A stretch of DNA of 64,000 bases, taken from the NCBI RefSeq assembly GCF_004010195.1, contig NC_057752.1, positions 3,040,222-3,104,221 on the forward strand, read 5' to 3'. The stretch's first letter is position 1. Every line of letters begins with the position of its first letter. A program made the position numbers and the translations under genes. Under the pieces are notes generated by a model that saw only the letters and a program-made list of their open reading frames with translations, searched no databases and was not told the DNA's origin. The stretch is from Chiloscyllium plagiosum. Taxonomy: Eukaryota. Of the stretch, positions 1-12,443 are shown piece by piece.

Positions 1-170
1 CAATTGCAACATTTAAGAGGCATTTGGATGGGTATATGAATATGAAGGGTTTGGAGGGATATGGGCCAGGTTCTGGCAGGTGGGACTAAATTGGGTTGGG
101 ATATCTGGTCGGCATGGACGGGTTGGATCAAAGGGTCTGTTTCCATGATGCACATCTCTATGACTCTATA
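1..170 (+). mobile_element. CR1 (HER1-like) LINE 3' end
   Basis: Encodes TFKRAFG-like ORF2 end; 3' UTR ends ctctatgactctat like other young CR1 copies in the window. Confidence 0.9.
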
Positions 171-700
171 AACTATTTCCACAGGTTGAGGATTCCAGAA
201 CTAGGGGCCATAGTCTGAGAATGAGGGCCAGACCGTTCAGGAGAGATGTTCGGAAGCATTTCTACACACAAAAGGTGGGAGGGGTTTGGAACTCTCTTCC
301 ATAAATGGCAGTGGATGCTGGATCAGTGTTCATGTTACATCTGAGATCAGCAACTTTTTGTTAAGCAAAAGGTATTAAGGGATATGGGCCAAAGACTCAT
401 TAAGTCAGACCACAAATCAGCCATGATCTTACTGAATGGCAAAACAGACTCAATGGGTTAAATGGTCAACTCTGTTCCGATATCCACTGTATTTTTAGAA
501 GAATGAGATGTGATTTGATTGAAATATATAAAGTCTGAAAGGGATGAGGAGGGCTCTATACCAGGAGGGTAGTTCCATTTGTTGGACCGCAAGCAGGAGA
601 GTGGAGCTGAGACCACAACCAGACCGGCCTGACCTTATCAAATGGCTGAACAGCCTGGAGGGGGTCAAGTGGCCTTAACCTGCACCTATATTCCTGACCA
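171..700 (+). mobile_element. Older CR1 3' fragments
   Basis: agaactaggggccatagtct (RTRGHS), ttctacacacaaa, gatcagccatgatctt-type 3' UTR; second fragment from ~495. Confidence 0.7.
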
Positions 701-1167
701 ATCAGAGCCGACTTGGCTGGTTTGAATTCAATCAGTGAACTTAGACAGTTAACAGGTCCTGCTGAATCTCCATGCCAACAGTAGTCAACCCTCTTCAGCA
801 TAAACTGTTGGTCGCTTTCTGAAGTTGATCTTCTTGTGTTTCAGTCCTGCTGAGGGCAAGACAAAAGCTTCAAAGTCATGTTTCTTTTGAGCAGTGTTCA
901 AAATGAATCTCAACCTAGGTTACAGTGGACACTAGTTAGAGTCTGTATTTTGCTGCACTAAGTTGTCAATGTTACTCAGAGAGGCCCTGAGGATGACTAG
1001 TGGGGAACATCAAAATCACTCACATCAGAACATTTGTCCATTATTCCACAGGACCTCTCACTACCAGAAACTCCCTTGTCAAGTTCAGCAGGTGTCAACT
1101 AAAATCTCCCCTACCCCACAATACATCTGAGCTCCATTTTCAAAGTCTGACACCATTCTAATTTAAT

Positions 1168-1367
1168 CATGATTTGGAGGTGCCAGTGTTGGACTGGAGT
1201 GTACAAAGTTAAAATTCACACAACACCAGGTTATAATCCAACAGGTTTATTTGGAAGCACTAGCTTTCAAAGCGCTTCTCCTTCAACTGATGAAGGAGCA
1301 GCGCTCTGAACGCGAGTGTTTCTAAATAAACCTGTTGGATTATAACTTGGTGTGTGCGATTTTTAAA
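1168..1367. mobile_element. Penelope-derived palindromic element (family A) with degenerate hammerhead core
   Basis: Inverted arms caggttataatccaacaggtttattt / aaataaacctgttggattataacttg; ctgatga-aggagcagcgctct-gaac at 1287; direct repeat taatttaatcatg at 1159-1171 and 1368-1380. Confidence 0.8.
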
Positions 1368-2222
1368 TAATTTAATCATGTTTTAGTTCTGTTTTGACCA
1401 GCCCAATTTATTTATGATTTTTTTCTATCAGAATAGCTTACCAATTAGCACGACACAACACCAAGTTTGTGATGAAGAATCTTTGCTATCTGTCACTTGT
1501 CACATCGGGAGATTCTTCTGTGCTTTTTTTTTCAAATGCAAATTCAGTCACAGGATGAGCGATTAAAGACGCCAAATTAAAATTGCAAGTTGTTCATTTT
1601 CTGCAGAGCTCCTGATCCAAGCAGAACGTCTCTTGGTAACTTGCAAAATCTGCATTTATCATAATCCAACTGAAGCCTCCATGAGCCTCTGATCACTGAG
1701 TGCTGTGCCACTTGCAAAACTCATACACCCAGACTATTTGCTGAGCAATGTATCCATTTTAAAGGCTGCAGTACTAATTTGAAATTGAAACGTAAAGAGC
1801 TTTGAGCCAGTGCAGGTTTGAATCCAATCCAAACTGACAGGATGAAGATTTCTGCACAGCCTCTTCCAAAATCCTGCAGTAAGTCTCACTAAGCTATACA
1901 CGCCTGATCCTGGATACAATATCCAGCTCTTGTTGAGCAGTCTGAACAGTAGTTGGACAGACACTTAGCCTTATGTCTTAAGCCTGCAGTTCCTTCCTTC
2001 TCACCATTGGCTTTTACTGGAAAATATGCACAACTGGATGTTCATCTGAAGACAAGTGTTGGAGTTGGATTGATGCCCTTCATGGTCAAATAACTTGTCA
2101 ATGCTCACACAATGAAACAAGCGAGACACTATAGGCAGAACAACAGCCATGGATGTGAGCCCCAGTATTCACAGTGAACTCAGAATAGAGAAGTGGCCAA
2201 CAATTGGAAGCAAAATACCATA

Positions 2223-2503
2223 TCATTGAATCCCTACAATGGAGAAACAGGCCATTCAGCCCAACTGTCTGAAAAGCATCCCATCCAGACTTGCCCTGCA
2301 CCTCCCATGGCTAATCCAATGAACCTACATATCCCTGGACACTATGGGCAATCCACCTAACCTGCACATCTTTGGACTGTGGGAGGAAACGCACACAGAT
2401 ACATGGAGAACATGCAAACTCCACACATACAGTCACCCGAGGCTGGAATTGAACCTGAGTCCCTGGCGCTGTGAGGCAGCAGTGCTAGCCACTGTGCCTC
2501 CCC
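2223..2503 (-). mobile_element. HE1-type V-SINE
   Basis: tRNA-like head, V-domain, CR1-like tail. Confidence 0.9.
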
Positions 2504-2745
2504 CCACCTTACCAGCATAAGTAATCAGCCAAGTTCCATGAGGGACTACACGCATCTTAGAGAGAGACAGAGACAATCGTTTATGTACTTTTGAGGAACA
2601 ACACTTCACACTGAGGGAGAAGGGCAGGCTCCAAGTCTATCTCAGCCCGAATGGGAATTTCTGCTCCTCTTCTTGTGTTATTCTGAATCACACGCACACG
2701 ATCGAGGCAACTGAACAAACTAACTGCCTTGTTGCACTGACGTAA

Positions 2746-3047
2746 CGTGGTGGGTCAGCGGTTAGCACCACTGCCTCACAGTGCCATGGACCGGGTTCGA
2801 ATTCAGCCTTGGGTGGCTGTCTGTGTGGAGTTTGCACATTCTTCCTGCGTTTGCATGGGGGTTTCCTCCAGCAATCCAAAGATGTGCAGGTTAGGTGAAT
2901 TGCCCATAGTGTTCAGGGATGTGTAGGCTAGGTGCATTTGTCAGGGGTAAATGAAAGGGAATGGGTCTGGGTGGGATACTCTTTGGAGGGTCGATGTGGA
3001 CTTGTTGGGCCAAAGGGCCTGTCCCCACACTGTAGGGATTCTATGAT
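2746..3047 (+). mobile_element. HE1-type V-SINE
   Basis: ggttcgaattc B box; tgtgtggagtttgcac; tail tgtagggattctatg. Confidence 0.9.
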
Positions 3048-5004
3048 CCTGCAAAGCATGGTTTCGACATTTAATCAAGTGGAGAAAGTGATTGTAGAAT
3101 TTCTCATCAGTTCAGTATTCCTATTCCCAACAGTCGAAGTGGTGAGAATTCCACAATCCAAACTTTAATAAGACATCAAACACATGACAGTGTCCAATCT
3201 AGGTTTGCTTCACTGTGCCCTGCATTTCCATATCCTGAGCGCAGACAGGGCCTTAGTTTAATATCTCATCCAAACGATGATGCACTGAACACATTCGGAG
3301 AGTGGAGGAAAGGAGTCCTGCATCCATTCCGCCTGCTCACAATCCTGATGTGCCATACATCATAACATACGGACCTAATCCCTACCCCACATAGAGCCAT
3401 GGGGACTCCCGGAGGAGGATAGCAGAAGCTGGATGTTCCAGGGAGGGGGGTGGGGGGGGCTCGTATCAGACTGGGGAGATTGCTGCAGACCCCACAATGC
3501 TCTCAAAGTTAAAAAAATACAGCACCTCTCTCATAATCCGTGGTCCCGTTGCTTGAGGCCATATCAATGCAGCACTCTAAATTTCCTATGAGGCACCTCC
3601 ACCCTCTTCCTGGGCAGTCATGTCTACATATTCACCATCCTCAGTGCAAATGAGTTCAATCTGCAGTGTCACCAAAGCAAAATACGAGAATGGAAATCAA
3701 GGATGGAAATGACCAGTTGTGTCTGGCTGTCACCCTTTGGAATGGGATGGAGCAGTTTTTGTCACTGCAAATTTCCTCCAATATAGCAAGCAACACTGAC
3801 TATTTGGACCTCACGTTTAATTGCTTGTCATGTTCAAATTGCTCAAAAGGCTACATGCTATCATTACAACAATAACTTGCAGCTATATAGCGCCTTTAAC
3901 ATCGTTCAGCTTCACCCGAGCATCAAGAGTAATACAAGAAGATGTCTGAGCAAAATACCAGACAGCTGAAAGAGAAACTCAGCAGAACTGGCAGCATTTG
4001 GAGAGATAGAAACTGAGTTAACATTTCAGGTCAATGACTCAAATGTCCATCTGCTTGCTCAATTCATTTCTCACCTGTTCCAGGTAGGAAATGCTGCTTT
4101 GCTTGCTTCACCCATCCCAGAACTGAAATAAACAAGCATTTGGCTCAAATATTGCTTACATTCCAACTATTGTGATCAAAGAACCCAGTGCAGAATTTGA
4201 ACCTATCTTCACTGCTCTATTGGTCAGTTGAACCAACAAACAGAAAGGAGGAGCATTTGACAATCATAAAAATTGTCCTGCTATGCTTTGCTTGGGAGAG
4301 TTTTAGTGAATGAGATGTATTTTTACAGCAATACACAAATTGACCAAACCTACAGTACGCACACATATAATTCTCTGTAGTATTTTTATACCAGAGCTGA
4401 CCAGGAATATGGTCAGAATAAGGAATTGCGAAAGCAAATTTCTCTTGTAGTGATTAGGCCCTGTGTTCTAAGATTGACCTTCAACATTAGAGGCAGTAAA
4501 TTAGGCATCAGTTGAAACGCAAGTTGAATATTGTCAGGACGAGATTATACAGAGTGTCAAACACAGTTTGTAATTCAGTGTTCATTCTTTGAAAGTACTT
4601 CTACTGTGTAGTGATATTTACATTACAAAGCAGAGGTAAACTTAATTCAAATTCAAGCATGGAAGGGAAGTCCAATTATCAAACAAAAGTCTTTGCAGCG
4701 CATCCCCACAAGGTGGCCATTTGAGGGAAATGTGTCCAACTGTGTATATAGTGCTTACTCAGTAAACTAATTTGTGTAGAGAACAATTTAAATAGAACAT
4801 ATTCATCAAACTAAATACCACACAATGCCACTTGTAATCCTGGAGCAAGCGCTGTCCTATCTGAATGACAGCAGAGGTGTATTGATGGCTTGCTGTTCTG
4901 TACTTTCATTGAAAAATAGTTCCTCGGGAGATTAAATGAATAGGTCTTTGATCTGGAAGCCAAGTTTGATGGATTAATGGTCTTTTCTCATTCCAGCCTC
5001 TCTC

Positions 5005-5665
5005 ATGCAAGGAATGGAGGGAAAAACTCTCCGGTGGTTGGAGTCATACCTGACACATAGGAAGATGGTCGTGGCTGTCGGAAGTCAGTCATCTCAGCGC
5101 CAGGTCATCTCTGCAGGAGTTCCTCAAGATAGTGTCTCAGGCCCAACCATCTTCAGCTGCTTCATCAATGACCTTCCCTCCATCATAAGGTCAGAAGTGG
5201 GGATGCTCGCTGATAATTGCACAATGTTCAGCACCATTTGCAACTCCTCAAATACTGAAGCAGCCTATGCTCAAATGCAACAAGACCTAGACATCACTTG
5301 GGGTTGGACAATAGATGAAAGTGACCTTCATGCCATGCAAGTGCCAGGCAATGACCGTCTCCAACAAGAGGAATCTAACCAGCATCTTTTGTTGTTCAAT
5401 GGCATTACTATTGTTGTATCCCCCAATATCAACATCCTGGGGGCTACACTTGACCAAAAACTGAACTGAAGCAGCCATATAAATATAGTGGGTGTAAGAG
5501 CAGGACAGAGGTGAGGAATACTGCGGTAGGTAACTCACCTCCTGACTCCCCAAAGCCTGTCCACCACCCACAAGGCACAAGTCAGGAGTGTGAAGGAATA
5601 CCCACTTGCCTGGATGGGTGCAGCTCCAACAACACTCAAGAAGCTTGACACCATCCAGGACAACA
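5005..5665 (+). mobile_element. LINE family B (CR1/L2 group) RT fragment
   Basis: ORF 5005-5469: WLESYL..GVPQDSVSGPTIFSCFINDL..LADN; decayed. Confidence 0.85.
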
Positions 5666-5679
5666 GACTTGAGCTGAAA

Positions 5680-5885
5680 ATCCAGCAGTAGTGAGGTGCC
5701 ATCTTTCGGGTGAGACAATAATTCAAAGCCCCATTCATCCACTCACATGAAGATCACAGATCTTTTTCTTTGAAGAATAGCAGGAGAGCTTTGCTTGGAA
5801 TCCACACCAACACGTATCTCACAAGCAACATCACTAAAACCGAGCATATGGTCATAAATCTCATTGCTGTTTGTGGAAGTTTGAA
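5680..5885 (+). mobile_element. Deu-domain SINE fragment (SacSINE1/AmnSINE1-like)
   Basis: gaggtgccatctttcgggtgaga ... caacatcactaaaac ... attgctgtttgtgg. Confidence 0.7.
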
Positions 5886-6077
5886 GCCTAAGTAATTCTG
5901 ACTCAGCTCAGTTGCTGAGAGTAAGTGACTCTGAATGAACTTATTTCTTGGTCACTGGGGTCGCCTGTGTGAAGGGTTATGACTGAGGCCAGATAGCATA
6001 TCCTGGCCATCACTTCCCCATTGCCACAGGTTTTGATATGTCTGTTGTGGTTGATGCCTTGCTCAAAGGTGAGTACA

Positions 6078-6289
6078 GAAGAAAGTGAAAACTGCAGATG
6101 CTGGAGACCAGAGTCAAATAGTGTGGCGCTGGAAAAGCACACCAGGTCAGGCAGCGTCCGAGGAGAAGGAGAGTTTCGAGCACTTCATCAGGAATTCTCA
6201 TTGAAGAACTTGTGCTCGAAACGTCGACTCTCCTGCTCCATGGATGCTCCCTGACTGGCTCTGCTTTTCCAGTGCCACACTTTTTGACT
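6078..6289. mobile_element. Penelope-derived palindromic element (family B)
   Basis: Arms gtgtggcgctggaaaagcac / gcttttccagtgccacac; degenerate ctgatga..gaaac cores at centre. Confidence 0.8.
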
Positions 6290-6378
6290 TAACGGTGAGG
6301 ATCTTTATGTGGGTTGGGTTTGTGCAGAGACCTCTTTCACTCCCTCATCCAAGGTAGCTCATACTAAACAAGTCACTA

Positions 6379-6760
6379 TCATGATTAACAGTCCCTCCAA
6401 GACCAGGTGACTCTCTCCCAGTCTCAGGCTGAGTCCGTAAGTGGCTGTAGAGACCAGTGTGGCTACCACGGGCTCTGTTACACTTGGGACAGGTGGTGGT
6501 CGCGGGAAGGGGGTGGGTGGGATGTTGGTGTGGCAACGCATTCCTTTATCTCTTTTTCCCTGGCTTCCACTTTTCCCTGACAGCAGGTCTCGAGGTGCTT
6601 GACACCTTCCAGGATGCTCCCCCTCCACTCCGGACAGTCTTGGCCCAGTGATTCCCAGGTGTCTGCGGGAATGCTGCCAGTGAGGCCTTGAGGGTCTCCC
6701 TGAAGTGCTTCCTCTGTCCACTTGGGGCTTACCTGGTGTTTTGGAGCTGGGAGTAGAGTA
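6379..6760 (-). mobile_element. RTE-clade LINE 3' end
   Basis: Minus-strand peptides IPADTWESLGQDCPEWR..EGV and CPKCNRARGSHTGLYSHLRT resemble the RTE C-terminus. Confidence 0.8.
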
Positions 6761-7361
6761 CCCAGGTTAGATCTCACGGAATACAGGGAGAACTAGCCAT
6801 TTGGATACAAAACTGGCTTGAAGGTAGAAGAAATAGTGGTGGAGGGTTGTTTTTCAGACTGGAGGCCTGTGACCAGTGGAGTGCCACAAGGATCGGTGCT
6901 GGGTCCAGTACTTTTCGTCATTTATATAAATGATTTGGATGTGAGCATAAGAGATATAATTAGTAAGTTTGCAGATGACACCAAAATTGGAGGTGTAGTG
7001 GACAGTGAAGAAGGATACCTCAGATCACAATGGGATATTGATCAGATGGGCCAATGGGCTGAGGAGTGGCAGATGGAGTTTAATTCAGAAAAGTGTGAGT
7101 TGCTGCATTTTGGGAAAGCAAATCTTAGCAGGACTTATACACTTAATGGTAAGGTCCTAGGGAGTGTTGCTGACCAAAGAGACCTTGGAGTGCAGGTTAT
7201 AGCTCCTTGAAAGTGGAGTCGCAGGTAGATAGGATAGTGAAGAAGGCATTTGGTGTGCTTTCCTTTATTGGTCAGAGTATTGAGTATAAGAGTTGGGAGG
7301 GCATGTTGCGGCTGTACAGGACATTGGTGAGGTCACTTTTGGAATATTGCGTGCAATTCCA
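6761..7361 (+). mobile_element. CR1 LINE RT fragment
   Basis: SGVPQGSVLGPVLFVIYINDL..KFADDTK; LLEYCVQF; frameshifted. Confidence 0.95.
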
Positions 7362-7534
7362 GCAATTTATTTATGCTGAGGAGAAAAATACACAGGAGTT
7401 CAAAAGGCAATTCAATACAAAGCAAGATAATTAGCCTCGTGTGTAATGCTGTTTGCCAATGAGCAGCACAAGGTGATTTGAGGACAAAAGGGTTCTCGCA
7501 GGTTACTGAGGAGTGACATCCCACATTTAGCAGG

Positions 7535-7838
7535 ATTAAATTCCCTACAGTGTGGAAACAGGCCCTTTGGCCCAACAAGTCCACACTGACCCTCCAAAGA
7601 GTAACCCATCCAGACCCTCTGACTAATGCACCTAACACCATGGGCACTTTAGCATGGCCAATTCACCTGACCTGCACATTTTTGGATTGTGGGAGGAAAC
7701 CAAAACACCGAGAGGAAACCCACACAGACACGGGAGAACGTGCAAACTCCACACAGATGGTCGCCTGAGGCTGGAATCAAACCTGGGTCCCTGGTGCTGT
7801 GAGGCAGCAGTGCTAACCACTGTGCCACCATGCCACCC
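7535..7838 (-). mobile_element. HE1-type V-SINE
   Basis: Head tggtggcacagtggttagcac, V-domain, tail. Confidence 0.9.
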
Positions 7839-8210
7839 TAATGATGTGGTGACATCATCCCCAGGATGATATCACCAAATCTCAGCAGATTCCAAGCAAC
7901 TTCAGCAGAGCACTGTCCCTGCTGAAGAGCTAAACCTGGAGCAGTCAGTTAGTTGTAGCCTTGTAACTTCCAGTAACTCTCTCACACTGACTGACAGACT
8001 GAACACCATAAGCCTCTATCTTTTCCTGGGGCTTTTCCCAATAGATACACACATTGCAATCACAAGGTTTGATGTGTGTCAGCTGAACATCTGTACAGTC
8101 CCAACTCACGCCATCCACTGCTGCAGGCCTCTGACTGAGTTTCCTACCAGCCAATCAAGGGAGATTATTATTCGTTAAACACCTTATTAGCAGCCCAACC
8201 TGCCTCATAT

Positions 8211-8535
8211 GATTATATTCCCTACAGTATGGAGACAGGGCCTTTGGCCCAGCAAGTCCACACCGACCGTCCGAAGAGTAACCCACCCAGACCCATTCCG
8301 CTACCCGATATTTACCCCTGACTAATGCACTGAACACTATGTGCAATTTAGCATGGCCAATTCGCCTGACCAGCACATCTTTGGACTGTGGGAGGAAACC
8401 AGAGCACTCGGAGGAAACCCATGCAGGTACGGGGAGAATGTGCAAACTCCACACAGTCACCCGAGGCAGGAATCGAACCCAAGTTTCTGGCGCTGTGAGG
8501 CAGCAGTGCTAACCACTGAGCCACCATGCCACCCC
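8211..8535 (-). mobile_element. HE1-type V-SINE
   Basis: Near full length, A and B boxes present. Confidence 0.9.
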
Positions 8536-9192
8536 AAACGTGCCAAACAGGCTGGTTGGCAAGGTTTCTCAGCACAGAGCGGGCACCTGGCGACTTCAGC
8601 TTGCCTCCTGCATTGAAGGATCACTATGTCGTGTCTGACCAAACAGCATCTCAGGGCATGAGCCACTGGCACCAGCCACACGCACTCCTTGTCCCATGGA
8701 CATTGGCAACCAGCATTTGCCAACCACTCAGGATTCCCATGACACCTTTCCAAACCACTTGCAAGGGCTCAGGGTGACAGCACCATGCTGAGTCACAGCT
8801 GACATCAAAAAGATACAAGAATAAAATATTATGCAACCATTTCTATTCAAATAAGAAACAGTGCAAATAATTACAGTTTGGCATAAAGTAACCGACTGCC
8901 CAAAGGCATTTGCTGAAGATTATTTTGATACCGCCCAGCCTCTCAATTAAGAGCTTGATGAGATTGCCTCACCTTTGGTCACTCCTGTGGACAGGATAAA
9001 AGACTGAACAGGTCCATGCGAACAAACAGAGAAAGAAGATGTCATTTTTACTGGCCTCGCTCAGCATTAATCACACAATGCAGGATGTCTGAGCAGCCAG
9101 AACAGTGCATTGTAAAAGTGAGTTCTTACTTCTAGCTGGCAAAGTTTAATACAGTGATAACTCAAGAGTCAACAGTAGCCCTCTCCATTCTG

Positions 9193-9545
9193 TAACAGCA
9201 AATTACTGCAGGTGCTGGAATCTGTACTGAAAGCAATAAATGCTGGAGATCACAGCGGGTGAAGCAGCATCCATGGAGAGAGAGCAAGCTAACGTTTCGA
9301 GTTGAGATGACTCTTCATCAGAGCTGATGTGAAGTGTGGAGGGGGCAACATTTCTGTAATATTGGGTGGGGGGTGGGGAGGTGTAGTGCTGGGGGTGAGA
9401 AGGTGTTGATAGTACACATGAAGTGATTGGAATGCGTACACTTCTGAGGATCACTTGACCCGAAATGTTAACTCTGCCAGACCAGCTGAGCTTTTCCAGC
9501 AATTTCTGTTTTCGTTTCTGATTTGCAGCGCCCGCAGTTCGTTCC
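9193..9545. mobile_element. Penelope pLTR-derived element with two diverged inverted arms
   Basis: Left arm 9193-9325, right arm ~9440-9545 (gagcttttccagcaatttctg). Confidence 0.7.
9287..9325 (-). ncRNA. Minimal type-I hammerhead ribozyme motif
   Basis: Minus strand AGCU-CUGAUGA-A-GAGU(caucuca)ACUC-GAAAC-GUU-AGCU: core, stem II and 4-bp stem I. Confidence 0.65.
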
Positions 9546-10019
9546 GTTCTTAGTTATCTTATGCATGCACATGATTGAGCTCTTCTGTGGTTTTGTCTCC
9601 CCACATGATTCAATTAAGAACAGAAAGTGTTTGAGAAGGGGAGCTTTGCTGATATTCTAAGCAGCAATGAAATCTCACCAGATGCTGGAGGTGGAACTGA
9701 GTGATGGTTGATAACTCTGGTCAGCTGGGCGAAGAAACAGTGAAGAGAAACTCATTGTGTTTAAATGGAGAGTCAGCAGTGCACTAAAAGTAAAGACTTT
9801 ATTTGCTCTTATATGCATAACATAATCTCAAGTTTAATTCTGCTGAAGGTGTCTTTTGCAGAAATGCCTCAAGAAGTGGATCACAATGTTGCTTGGGAGT
9901 CTGAATGCTGTCCCTGCTTATATTGTTGGGCAGTTTCCACAGCTCTCAGGAAAACTGAATGAACAACTGTCTACTCACAGTCAAGGAAAGACTTGAAAGG
10001 ATCCCCTTCTTCCTCCTAG

Positions 10020-10255
10020 ACTTGCTTTAGCTTCCCCAAGATGCATCGGCACTATTTACTTCAACGACACCTCATGGGAGTGAGATCCACATTCCCACCA
10101 CTCTCTGCATGAAGACATTTCCTCAGAATTCCCATTTGGATTTCTTGATGACGACTTTATATTCACAGCGTTAAGTCCTGCTTTTTACCGCAAGAGGAAA
10201 CATCCTCTCCGTATCTACTCTGTAAGAAACTTTCATAGTCTTAAAAACCTCTTCC
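10020..10255 (-). mobile_element. Older CR1 3' fragment
   Basis: EVFKTMKVSYRVDTERMFPLAVKSRT on minus strand. Confidence 0.75.
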
Positions 10256-10690
10256 CAACATTGTTGTTGCTCATCCCTAATTGCCCCTTGAGAAGGTGGC
10301 AGTAAGCTGATTTCTTGAACCGCTGCAGTCCATGTGGTGTAGATGCTGTTAGGGAGGGATTTCCAGGATAATGACCCAGCAAAGGTAAAGGATAGGCAAT
10401 ATCCTTCCAAATCAGGATGGTGAAAGGCTTGGAAGGGAACTTCCGGGCTGCTGCTTCCATGTGTCTGCTGCCCTAGCCCTTGTCACAGGATTGGCAGGTG
10501 CTGTCGAAGGAGGTTTGCTCAAGTTGCTGCACTGCATCTGTGTGTCAGTGGGTGGATGGACGGGATAAATGTTGAAGATGGTGGGCGAGGTGCCCATCAT
10601 GCTCACAGCTTTATCCTGAATGAGTGTTTTTGGAGCCGTTTTCATCCAGGCAAGTGGGGACTATGCCACCACACTTCGGACTCCTCGATT
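10256..10690 (-). mobile_element. LINE family B 3' end
   Basis: GLQRFKKSAYCHLLKGQLGM tail; matches 46500-46710. Confidence 0.8.
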
Positions 10691-10879
10691 AGATCATCCA
10701 ATTGCCCTCTTTCTCTCGCCCAAGGGTAAAGACGCCCTTTCTTTTCCTGACGTGTAAACCCACGTTTCATTTGGAATTCAAGAAGGAAAGAAATTGCTTA
10801 CTTTTTTTTAAAACAAGGACCCGAATATGCTTTCAAGACAACCCAAATCACTTTACGAACAATGGGTTATTCTTGAAGG

Positions 10880-11200
10880 TTCAATCCTGTTCAAAGTCCC
10901 ACTCCAAAAACGTGAGCACAACCTCAGGGAGTGCTGCACTGTTTGAGATGGCGTCTTTCAAATGTGATGACAAACTGAGGAGCCCTCTGCTTTCGAGGAG
11001 CATATGAAAGATCTGACCATGGTATTTCAAAGAATTGCAAAGCCCTTCCCCTCCTGTGGCCTGGCCAGTTTTTCTACCCCCAATCAACATCACAAAAGTA
11101 GGTTTAGCCATTGTCTCGTGGCTGTTTGTGGGTGCTTGCTGTGTCCACATTGGCCACGGGGTTTCCAATGTTAAACAGTGACCACACTTCAGAAACAAAG
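10880..11200 (+). mobile_element. Deu-domain SINE
   Basis: gggagtgctgcactgt..caacatcacaaaa..gctgtttgtggg..gtgaccacacttca. Confidence 0.75.
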
Positions 11201-11256
11201 TTGGGAAATGAAAATGCCTCTAAATCTTCTTTGCTGAGCACAGACTGTTTATCTCA

Positions 11257-12443
11257 ATGGGAGGTGATGACCTACCAGCATTATCGCTAGACTGTTATTC
11301 CCAAAACTCAACTAATGCCTGGGCACCTGGGTTCGAATCCTGCTATGGCAGATGGTCCACTAATGTCATTCAGGGAAGGAAATCCACCATCCTCACCTGG
11401 TCTGGACTCCATGTGACATCAGAGCCACAGCAATGTGGTTGACGCTCAATTGACTCTGAAATAGCTGAGCAAGCTACTTAGTTGTATCAATCGCTACAAA
11501 GTGTGGCACGGTGGCTCAGTGGTTAGCACTGCTGCCTCACAGTGCCAGGGACCCAGGTTCGATTCCAGCTACGGGTGACTGTCCGTGTGGAGTTTGCACA
11601 TTCTCCCCACGTCTGCGTGAGTTTCCTCTCGGTGCTCTAGTTTCTTTCCACAGTCCAAAGATGTGCAGGTTAGGGTGAATTGGCCATGCTAAATTGCCCA
11701 TAGTGTTCAGGGATGATAGGTTAGCTGCATTAGTCAGGGGTAAATATAGGGTAGGGGACTGGGTCTGAGTGGATTACTTTTCAGAGGGTTGGTGTGGACT
11801 TGTTGGGCCGATCGGCCTGTTTCCACACTGTAGGGATTCTCTGAACGTCTCAACAAAGAAATGAAACTGGACAGTCCACCTGGCATTGACTTAGGCATCA
11901 GAAAAGACAACAGCAGAAACAGCCCTGTTGACCCTGCAAAGTTCTTCTTACTGACATCTGGGGTCTAGTGCCAAAATTGTGAGAGCTGTCTCATAGACTA
12001 CAGCCTGACCTGGTCCTACTCATGGAATCATACCTTATAGACAATATCCCAGATACCAACTTTACCATCCCTGGATACGTCCTGTCCCAGTGGCAGGACA
12101 GACCTAGCAGAGGTGGCAGCACAGTGGGATACAGTCAAGATACACTCAAGATACACTCAACATTGGCCCCATGAAGTCTCATGGCTACAGGTTAAAGATG
12201 GGCAAGGCAAACCTCCTGCTGATTACATGTCGTCCTCCCTCGGCTGATGAGTCAGTATTCCTCCATGTTGAACAACACTTGGAGGAAACGCTGAGGCTGG
12301 CAAGGGCACAGACTATACTCTGGGTGGGGGATTTCAATGTCCACCACCAAGAGTGACTTGGCAGCAGCACTACTGGTCGAGCTGGTCGGGGACAATAAAT
12401 GCTGGCCCAGCCAGCGATGCCCACATCCCATGAATGAATAAAA
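11257..12443 (+). mobile_element. Internally deleted LINE family B: tRNA-derived head + APE endonuclease + 3' tail
   Basis: B box ggttcgaatcc 11330-11340; APE motifs from 11941 (DIWGL, PDLVLLMESYL, IPGY, DRPSRGG, GDFNVHH); tail caataaatgctggcc..tgaatgaataaaa 12388-12443. Confidence 0.8.
11503..11844 (+). mobile_element. HE1-type V-SINE nested in LINE family B
   Basis: gtggcacggtggctcagtggttagc..ggttcgattcc; full length. Confidence 0.92.

Noticed and set aside
6379..7361. Single chimeric RTE-CR1 element
   Set aside because: Opposite strands, no shared TSD; more simply adjacent fragments
11503..11580. tRNA genes (here and at other SINE heads)
   Set aside because: Continuous with SINE bodies; no intact cloverleaf
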